Positions 20,276 through 27,862 of a DNA stretch of 64,000 bases are shown here, piece by piece. Source of the DNA: a virus; IMG/VR virus record IMGVR_UViG_3300044712_002679, positions 244,406 through 308,405 of that record; one strand, 5' to 3'. The notes beneath the pieces are model-generated. The model made no database searches. It had not been told where the DNA came from and saw only the letters and a list, made by a program, of their open reading frames with translations. The first letter of the stretch is position 1. Every line of letters begins with the position of its first letter. Made by a program: the position numbers and the translations under genes.

Positions 20276-20748
20276 TTCATTTATTCTTTTTAATTTCATT
20301 TTTCTTAGAAATCTATTGAAATCAATAGTTAAATCTGTTACAGTTGAACCATTATCAATTCTTGTGAGGTTTTAGTACTTAAATTATAATATATTGCGAT
20401 TTGAAAATTTATAACAATTTCTATATTTTCATTTTTATAGGCAATAAATTTATCAATCTGTTTATTTTTAATTTCAATTTTTGTTTCAATAAATTGTAGA
20501 ATAATTTCACTTAGTTGTTCTTCATCTTTAGATAGTTGCATTTTCTAATTCTTCAATTAATTTTTTTAATTCAGCCAATCCAATTGTCATTCGTTCTGAT
20601 CCTCTGCCACCATAACCATAATCCCAACAACATTCTATTTCAACTTCATCTTTTTTTATAGTGATATTGAATGTACCATCTTCAATATTTATTTCATTAT
20701 TGAAAGTTGGTTCCCAATCTAAATATTTATTAATTATCATCATATTCT

Positions 20749-21267
20749 TTATAATTGAAATGGTTTATCCAAGCCAGAATTTCTTAGGCTTTCCCAAGCT
20801 TCATTAATTTTATTTTCATAGTTAAAAATATTATCTAAGTAATCCCACATATCTTTATATTCTTCTGAATATAGTTCTTTTTTAAAATGATTGTGTTCTT
20901 TTTTGTACATTTCAAACATTCTATGTTTAGAATTAAGACTATGTTCAATATTTGCTATTCTATCACACAATTTAACAAAAGTTGCATATTTGGTATTTCT
21001 AATCCCTTCATAATATTTGTGGTTTGCTCGTTCTGCTCTTGTTTTACCCTTTTCATTGGTACAAGCATAAGCAAGTTCAGCAATCGTCTTCTATGGAATC
21101 ATGTTCCCATATACCACCCACAACATTTAGTCTATCTAGTTCTGGTATAAGATAAATAAATTTCCATCCGTTATTTACTGCACCAGTTAAATGATATTCA
21201 TATGGAAGATTATCACCATATTTGTGATTTACTGCATTATGAACCCTATTGTCTTTGTTTTTTTCAT
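20749..21267 (-). pseudogene. HD-domain phosphohydrolase, disrupted by two frameshifts
   Basis: Stitching three frames gives 'MKKNKDNRVHNAVNHKYGD...GGIWEHDSIEDD|TIAELAYACTNEKGKTRAERANHKYYEG...'. The H...HD...D motifs are present. Shifts lie near 21245 (an A7 run) and near 21090. Confidence 0.5.
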
Positions 21268-21287
21268 ATGTTAAAAATAGATATTTT

Positions 21288-21545
21288 TTATTTATAATTC
21301 AAACGAAACGTATTTATTTTATCTAATTTACGTTTTCGTTCATATCTAATTAACAAATGATGTTTTTCTAACTTTAATTGATTAATCAATTCCCACAATT
21401 TTGCAGAATCACATCTAATAGATAGACCATAAATAGAATTCATTTCAAGTTTACATACTTCCAATTGCAAATCAATATTAAATATTTTTTCTTCAAAATC
21501 ATTTAAATATGATTTTTTTTCATCAAAAGTAAGTGTATCTGACAT
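21288..21545 (-). CDS. hypothetical protein
   Basis: ORF only. Confidence 0.25.
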   Translation of the reverse strand: MSDTLTFDEKKSYLNDFEEKIFNIDLQLEVCKLEMNSIYGLSIRCDSAKLWELINQLKLEKHHLLIRYERKRKLDKINTFRLNYK

Positions 21546-21867
21546 TATTTATTTTTTTTAGTTTTATATCACGAATGTGTCTCAAATAAATTTTTTCAAA
21601 TTCTGAAATATCATACTGTTTTCCTTTATATTTTATGCAAAATCGTATAAATAATATTGATAAGTCTTCTAATGTCGATATATTTTCAAATTCTGCAAAA
21701 TTATCAGGAAAAATATTATTATTTAAATCAGTAATTATGTTGTTTATTGTATCATTTCGTAAAGAATTACCAACATATTTGCTACAAACATCAGATGTAA
21801 TATCAGATAATGTTTTTAACATATAATTTTTATTTTCGTTCATTTTAATTAATTCAAATTCCAACAA
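21523..21867 (-). CDS. hypothetical protein
   Basis: ORF only. Confidence 0.3.
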   Translation of the reverse strand: MLEFELIKMNENKNYMLKTLSDITSDVCSKYVGNSLRNDTINNIITDLNNNIFPDNFAEFENISTLEDLSILFIRFCIKYKGKQYDISEFEKIYLRHIRDIKLKKINNVRYTYF

Positions 21868-22205
21868 AAATCAGTTAAAAACTTATGATCTTCAGGATAG
21901 TTAGAAATATAAAGTTTCACAAACGTTGAAAATTCACTAACGGATAATGTATAATCAACATGATTTAATTTGGCACAATTTAAAAAATCATTATAATCAT
22001 CATCCCGCAAATAGCCCTTTAATGGTATGATTTTACCAACACAACTAGACCAATGTAATTCTTTACCTGTCCAGGTTATCCAATACCAATCTTCATCATC
22101 AGTACCAATTGCAACTAACCTTTCAATAGTATGACTCATTGTAATGATGAATTGTCCTTTTAGTTGTTCGAATTCTTCTAATATCAATTTTAAATTATTA
22201 TCCAT
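21849..22205 (-). CDS. hypothetical protein
   Basis: ORF only. Confidence 0.3.
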   Translation of the reverse strand: MDNNLKLILEEFEQLKGQFIITMSHTIERLVAIGTDDEDWYWITWTGKELHWSSCVGKIIPLKGYLRDDDYNDFLNCAKLNHVDYTLSVSEFSTFVKLYISNYPEDHKFLTDFCWNLN

Positions 22206-22217
22206 AAAATTAAAAAA

Positions 22218-22625
22218 TTAAATATACCACAAAAAATAAATTGTTAAAAATAGTGTAATATAATGTATCAATTGATCAAATCCAATTGTTACAAAATATT
22301 TATGTCGTTTATTTTTCAACAAATGTTTATTAACAACTAATGTAACAAATAAATCAGTCAATAAATGACTAATATATGTAATAATAAAAAACCATAAAAT
22401 ATTAATATAATGAATGAATGGTAATAAATTGAAAATTTGCAAAATTAATAATAATCCCGTTAAAATTCCACTATATATTAAAGTGTGTGGATAAATATGT
22501 TTTAAATATCGTTTTATTTTATGATAAATATTATTTGTTCTATTTATTTTATGGTTGTTTTGTTGTGTTACAAAATCACCAACATAATGCCCTACTAATA
22601 TAGCTATAATAATATATAAATTCAT
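22218..22625 (-). CDS. polytopic membrane protein (DUF3307-like, 'HYVGDFVTQ')
   Basis: Four hydrophobic helices. The His/Asp motif lies in the first helix. Confidence 0.35.
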   Translation of the reverse strand: MNLYIIIAILVGHYVGDFVTQQNNHKINRTNNIYHKIKRYLKHIYPHTLIYSGILTGLLLILQIFNLLPFIHYINILWFFIITYISHLLTDLFVTLVVNKHLLKNKRHKYFVTIGFDQLIHYITLFLTIYFLWYI

Positions 22626-22633
22626 TTTTATTT

Positions 22634-22888
22634 TTATTTTTTAATTGGAACAACACGCCAAAGATCACTACAAGATTTACATATCGAAATAGATTTATTG
22701 TTGTCAGTTTTGTGATACAAACATACACTAGAATCCATTAATGTCCCACAACAATCACATTCATACATATTTTCAATTTTAGTTTCACCCCAAGACATTG
22801 TTCCTGCATAAAGAAATTTAAATTCATAATATTGTCTAAGTTCGTAAATCTTTTTTACAACATTATTTTCTTTCCAATCTTTTTTCAT
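22634..22888 (-). CDS. Cys-rich zinc-ribbon protein
   Basis: 'CDCCGTLMDSSVCLYH...CKSCSDL'. Confidence 0.35.
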   Translation of the reverse strand: MKKDWKENNVVKKIYELRQYYEFKFLYAGTMSWGETKIENMYECDCCGTLMDSSVCLYHKTDNNKSISICKSCSDLWRVVPIKK

Positions 22889-23246
22889 TTATTATATCCA
22901 TTATTTTTTTATAAATGTCTGAGCTATTATAAATAGAATCACTACTAAATGATCCATATTTCTTTTGATTATATGATTTTTTCAAATCTAACCAACATTC
23001 TTTTATATTAATTATACCATTAAGTAAAACAGATATTGGAAACATTATTGTATTTAATATTATCGCTAATGGATTATAAAAATTATGAAGTATAATTTGT
23101 TTATCATTATAATAATATTCATATCTATCAATCCATTTTATTTGTCTATGTTTAAATAATTGATTATGTACTTTTTTGGATAATTTGAATTTTTTATATC
23201 CATTATCCAAAGGGTTTTTATAAATATATTCAGTTTTAATCATCAT
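22863..23246 (-). CDS. hypothetical membrane-associated protein
   Basis: ORF with an internal hydrophobic segment. Confidence 0.3.
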   Translation of the reverse strand: MMIKTEYIYKNPLDNGYKKFKLSKKVHNQLFKHRQIKWIDRYEYYYNDKQIILHNFYNPLAIILNTIMFPISVLLNGIINIKECWLDLKKSYNQKKYGSFSSDSIYNSSDIYKKIMDIINEKRLERK

Positions 23247-23650
23247 AATAATTTTAAATGTCCTGTTATGGGGTTTATTTCTTCGGATTTAGCTGGACCG
23301 ATAGCAACACAAGTTTTTGTTGGTACACCATTAAATTCAGTTAATCCGGCATCGACAATCAATGAACAAGGCAAACCTTTATCTTTTGCTTGTTGATATA
23401 TATCCAATAGTTCTTGTTCACTATCACAACTAACAACAACCTTAGTAAATAACCCCCTTAACCATACTGACCAATTAGAATCATCATCTAAATAAAAAGT
23501 AAGATGACCTTCACTTGATGATATTCTTTGATATTCACACAAATCTAAAAATACTTTCATTGAGGCGTGGGCCGCCTGAGACATCGCCTTACCCTTACGA
23601 ACATTTAAGTCTTTTCGGAATATTATAACTTGTTTTACATTTTCATTCAT
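23243..23650 (-). CDS. pth2: peptidyl-tRNA hydrolase, PTH2 (archaeal/eukaryotic) type
   Basis: 'KQVIIFRKDLNVRKGKAMSQAAHAS...VAIGPA' aligns well with the Pth2 family. Size is 135 aa. Confidence 0.8.
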   Translation of the reverse strand: MNENVKQVIIFRKDLNVRKGKAMSQAAHASMKVFLDLCEYQRISSSEGHLTFYLDDDSNWSVWLRGLFTKVVVSCDSEQELLDIYQQAKDKGLPCSLIVDAGLTEFNGVPTKTCVAIGPAKSEEINPITGHLKLL

Positions 23651-23899
23651 TTAATTCTTTTTTAATTCTTTATCTCGTTCAGCACATTCTTTACACTGTG
23701 TCACACATCCACCATCTGGTATATTTGGTCGCCATATTTCATAGCAATTGAATTTTTTCTTTTTTATAGGTAATTTTATGATTATTCCAATCATTGGAAG
23801 TGGTAAAAAATAAATCCAATTTTTATTCTTATCGTAAAAGAATCCGATCCATAAATCGTACCATTTAAATATAAATTGTATTTTCATCAAAATCTCCAT
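23651..23899 (-). CDS. hypothetical small protein
   Basis: ORF with a Cys cluster 'CVTQCKECAE'. Confidence 0.25.
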   Translation of the reverse strand: MEILMKIQFIFKWYDLWIGFFYDKNKNWIYFLPLPMIGIIIKLPIKKKKFNCYEIWRPNIPDGGCVTQCKECAERDKELKKN

Positions 23900-24140
23900 T
23901 TTTTGTTTCTATAAGTTCCTTTGCTCTTTCAAATATTGTTGAATCATCCAATAAAACTACACCACCATTTGGACCGGATTCCATATGTATTCCTACACTT
24001 GTTCCATTTTGATAATTTGCACCACCAAAATAATTTCTGATTGTGTCTTCTGTTAAATTAAATTCTGTAGATAGTTTCTTTATTGATCCTTTCGGTAGAC
24101 TATCTTTAACTTTTCTTAATTCATTAAATGTAATTACCAT
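23865..24140 (-). CDS. hypothetical small protein
   Basis: ORF only. Confidence 0.25.
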   Translation of the reverse strand: MVITFNELRKVKDSLPKGSIKKLSTEFNLTEDTIRNYFGGANYQNGTSVGIHMESGPNGGVVLLDDSTIFERAKELIETKNGDFDENTIYI

Positions 24141-24202
24141 ATATGTATATTTTTTTTAAAGTTGTTTTAATTTTTTATAATCTACAAATTATTGTAAATT
24201 AT

Positions 24203-24559
24203 TTACCAAAATAAATCATCATTATTTTTCAAATTTAATTGTTCAATAGGATTTTCGAGATATACTACAGGTTTATTGGTGCTTATAGCATATTCTATTT
24301 CATTTTTTGTGGATGTTCCAATATAACCACCAACATTTATAACGAATATTTCATCAGCTAAATCTATTTTTCGTTTGTGCATATTGTCTAACATTTCTTT
24401 AGTGTTATCAGTAAATACTTCAACATCACCAGAATGACCAAATAACCCAACACTTATTACAATATTACCTTCTAAGGTAAGTCTTTTTTGCTCAGCTATA
24501 AATTGATCTTTAAATTTTGTACTTCCACATAATGTTACAATTTTAAAATTTTCTATCAT
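24203..24559 (-). CDS. Rossmann-like SLOG/LOG-family-like protein
   Basis: 'VGGYIGTSTKNEIEYA' resembles the LOG 'PGGxGTxxE' motif. N-terminal 'LCGSTKF' resembles 'FGSS'. Confidence 0.25.
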   Translation of the reverse strand: MIENFKIVTLCGSTKFKDQFIAEQKRLTLEGNIVISVGLFGHSGDVEVFTDNTKEMLDNMHKRKIDLADEIFVINVGGYIGTSTKNEIEYAISTNKPVVYLENPIEQLNLKNNDDLFW

Positions 24560-24701
24560 TTTTTAATATTATTTTTATTCCCAACTTCAACTACGATTCT
24601 ATTAGGATTAATTTTTTCATCTTCTGTTACTGGAATCCAAACATCATTTTGGGTTATATTCTTGAATTTATTAAATCCAAAAAATGTCAATATTTTATCA
24701 A

Positions 24702-24965
24702 TCATACATTTATATTATTTTTATGAAATATTTGATCAAAATTCAAATATTTATTTGCAGATATTATAAGATCATCTTTTAACATATTTTTTATATTATT
24801 TATATCAATAAATCTATTTTCTTTATCATATAAATATGTATTATAAAATGGTTTATTATCAATAATTGTCGAATATCTTATCATCGTTTTTGAACAATAT
24901 GGTGAATAATATTGTGTAATTTCATCATATTGAATTTCTGGGTATCTTTTTAAAATACCTATCAT
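24702..24965 (-). CDS. hypothetical protein
   Basis: ORF whose start overlaps the gmd stop (ATGA). Followed by a further ATGA-coupled 48-aa ORF at 24563-24705. Confidence 0.3.
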   Translation of the reverse strand: MIGILKRYPEIQYDEITQYYSPYCSKTMIRYSTIIDNKPFYNTYLYDKENRFIDINNIKNMLKDDLIISANKYLNFDQIFHKNNINV

Positions 24966-25993
24966 TAAGTTCCAATTAAACTTTTTCCACCAGTTTTTAA
25001 ATCGTGTTCCATCATAATCTTAACCAATTCTTTAAACTTCACCTTTGGTTCCCATCCTAAAATTGTACGAGCTTTTGTTGAATCACCAAGTAACAGATCT
25101 ACTTCAGATGGTCTAAAATATTTTGGATCAATTTCAATTACAACATTACCTGTATTCTTATCTATACCTTTTTCATCTACCCCACTTCCAACCCATTCGA
25201 TATCCATGTTAACATATTTACAAGCTTCTTCGATGAAATCTTTGACACTATACATTATCCCAGTAGAAAGTACAAAATCTTCTGGGGTGTCTTGTTGTAA
25301 CATTAACCACATACCATACACATAATCGGGAGAATATCCCCAATCTCTTTTTGAATATAAATTGCCTAATTTTAAAGTTTTTTGTTTTCCGTTTTTTATT
25401 TTTACTAATGCTTCAGTTACTTTCTTTGAAACAAAAGTAGACCCCCGACGTTCTGATTCATGATTAAACAATATTCCATTACTTATAAACATATCATATG
25501 ATTCTCTATAATTTTTACAAATATGGTAGGCGTAAAGTTTTGCCACACCATAAGGAGACTGTGGGTTAAATTGTGTTTTTTCAGTTTGTGGTATTTCTAA
25601 AACCTTTCCATATAATTCACTCGTACTAGCATTATAAATTTTAGATTTTAATTCCAATAAACGACAACTTTCGAGTACATTTAGGACACCTATTGCATCA
25701 ACTTGTGCAGTATATAATGGTTGTGTAAATGACACTTGAACGTGACTTTGTGCAGACAGAATATATATTTCATCAGGTTTAACTTTTAATAATATATTTT
25801 GAATAGACGATATATCAGTGATATCACCATAATATAAATGTATTTTATCATAAATATTTTCAAGTCTACCAGTGTTAAATGAACTACTTCTTCTAATCAT
25901 CCCATGTACATCATAATCTTTATCTAACAGTAATTCAGCAAGATAACTTCCATCTTGACCTGTAATTCCTAACAATAATGCTTTTTTCTTCAT
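24965..25993 (-). CDS. gmd: GDP-mannose 4,6-dehydratase
   Basis: '[42 protein letters not shown]' is nearly diagnostic for GMD. Full length is 342 aa. Confidence 0.9.
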   Translation of the reverse strand: MKKKALLLGITGQDGSYLAELLLDKDYDVHGMIRRSSSFNTGRLENIYDKIHLYYGDITDISSIQNILLKVKPDEIYILSAQSHVQVSFTQPLYTAQVDAIGVLNVLESCRLLELKSKIYNASTSELYGKVLEIPQTEKTQFNPQSPYGVAKLYAYHICKNYRESYDMFISNGILFNHESERRGSTFVSKKVTEALVKIKNGKQKTLKLGNLYSKRDWGYSPDYVYGMWLMLQQDTPEDFVLSTGIMYSVKDFIEEACKYVNMDIEWVGSGVDEKGIDKNTGNVVIEIDPKYFRPSEVDLLLGDSTKARTILGWEPKVKFKELVKIMMEHDLKTGGKSLIGT

Positions 25994-26054
25994 TTATTAT
26001 AATTATTTTTTAATCCGATAAAATCATTTTTTATAAGATTTCTACTTATTAAGA

Positions 26055-26705
26055 TTAATATCCCTGATATAATTTCACGGAATCTTCGACCAAACTTTTA
26101 CCATCAATAATAGATTTGTCTATCATTCTGTTAATTGCTTGCACGTATTTCGGTCTTTTTTGTTTAAAACAAATATCTATTTTACGTTTTAGTGATGCTA
26201 ATTCTTCATCAGATGTTGCTAATCCACATGCATCCTCCAAATACCACATACGGCAATTTAATATTGCTAATTTTTCTATAACTTCACCAATATTATCAGT
26301 TTCAATTATATCATTTGGCATTTCTATATATTTAGATTTATTTAAAATGTTGTGAACTGTAGTTTTAATTATATCTTCAATTTTTTCACCAATATTTAAT
26401 TCATTATTTAAATATTGATGATAATCTTGTTCACCACCATCACCAACAATATTTTCAAATGATATAACATCTTTATCATCATATTCATAATCATTGAACC
26501 AATCACCAACAGAATCTTCTATATGTTTACAAAAATCGCCTACTGAATCATCATTATTTTCTTTTGGATTCGAATTATATTCATAATCATTGAACCAATC
26601 AAAATCTTCTTCCACCATACCAATATTTACGTTTCCGATTTTATAATTTATGTTCCAATTGCCACTTTCTCTGACACCACAATGTCCATTAATTTGATTT
26701 TCCAT
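26055..26705 (-). CDS. hypothetical protein with an internal 'DWFNDYEY' duplication
   Basis: ORF with a repeated acidic segment. Confidence 0.3.
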   Translation of the reverse strand: MENQINGHCGVRESGNWNINYKIGNVNIGMVEEDFDWFNDYEYNSNPKENNDDSVGDFCKHIEDSVGDWFNDYEYDDKDVISFENIVGDGGEQDYHQYLNNELNIGEKIEDIIKTTVHNILNKSKYIEMPNDIIETDNIGEVIEKLAILNCRMWYLEDACGLATSDEELASLKRKIDICFKQKRPKYVQAINRMIDKSIIDGKSLVEDSVKLYQGY

Positions 26706-26719
26706 ATTATTCTTTTTTG

Positions 26720-26977
26720 TTAATATCCTTGTATTTTTTCGATAAGATTTAAAATTGAATACAATTGAACATCTATATCATCTAAATTATGATATTCAGA
26801 TTGTCTTTGAATAGAAATATCTTGTATACAATCTGTTACTTTACTATGAATTATCGCTAATAATCCTGACAAATTATATATATCATCATCTTTACCAAAG
26901 ATAATATCATCAAAATTTAGTTCAGTATTTATTTTAACTTTTGCTTTCATAGCCTTTTTCATTATATAGTTGTTCAA
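26720..26977 (-). CDS. hypothetical small protein
   Basis: ORF only. Confidence 0.25.
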   Translation of the reverse strand: MNNYIMKKAMKAKVKINTELNFDDIIFGKDDDIYNLSGLLAIIHSKVTDCIQDISIQRQSEYHNLDDIDVQLYSILNLIEKIQGY

Positions 26978-27362
26978 ATATTAATTGTTTAAATTTAGTT
27001 GAACTCCAACCATGATTTCTATTTATATAAATTATTTTAATATTTAGATCACCACCATTAATTTCTTTACCAATATAATCATCACCTAAAAATCTAACAT
27101 TAGGCTTAATTTTTTTTAATAATTTATATAGTTCTTTTTCAGTAGTATAACAAACAATTTCATCAATATACTTTATAGATTCCAATATTTTTATTCTTTC
27201 ATCAACAGATAATATTGGTTTGATTTTTTCTGGTCTATCAATAGTTGGATCTGTTTGCAAAAGAACAATCAATTTATCACAATTATTTTTAGCTTCTTCA
27301 AACATATAAATATAACCTGGATGAATTATGTCGAAGCAACCAGCAAGAATACCCATTTTCAT
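26934..27362 (-). CDS. cytidylyltransferase-fold nucleotidyltransferase, HldE domain II / RfaE2-like heptose-1-phosphate adenylyltransferase
   Basis: 'GILAGCFDIIHPGYIYMFEEAK...LIVLLQTD...VDERIKILESIKYIDEIV' matches the HIGH-motif pattern (G.FD..H.GH) and layout of the HldC/HldE C-terminal domain. Confidence 0.6.
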   Translation of the reverse strand: MKMGILAGCFDIIHPGYIYMFEEAKNNCDKLIVLLQTDPTIDRPEKIKPILSVDERIKILESIKYIDEIVCYTTEKELYKLLKKIKPNVRFLGDDYIGKEINGGDLNIKIIYINRNHGWSSTKFKQLIFEQLYNEKGYESKS

Positions 27363-27371
27363 ATGGTTTAT

Positions 27372-27632
27372 TTATTTTTTAACGTTAACCACATAATAAA
27401 GATGATCATATTGTGGGATATCTACTAATTTACTAGTTGTTTCAATACACTCTTCGATAAGGCAATGAAATCCACTTCCACCATTATCATATTCGACAAA
27501 AACATTATGTAAGTCATCACAATCTTTTACTATTCCAACATTACCATCATTATCCGTAATACGCATACCAATAACCAAATCACTATGGCTAACAATTTCA
27601 GATTGTTTATCTTTTTTTTCTTTATTTTTCAT
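27372..27632 (-). CDS. hypothetical small protein
   Basis: ORF only. Confidence 0.25.
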   Translation of the reverse strand: MKNKEKKDKQSEIVSHSDLVIGMRITDNDGNVGIVKDCDDLHNVFVEYDNGGSGFHCLIEECIETTSKLVDIPQYDHLYYVVNVKK

Positions 27633-27862
27633 TATTTAAATCTTTGTTTAATCTCTACGAAATCCAGCATCATAACCTTCATTAAAAATAAAGCTATGTA
27701 AATATGGCATACCCCAATTTATTTTTAATCCAAAAATGAACAAATCAATACAATTTGCACCCCTAAATTTTACAACTTTATACCAAGGAAAATATCCCTT
27801 TGATATTCTAAACCAAAATTTAAATTTATATTCTTTTTTCATATATCATTATTTATTTTTTA

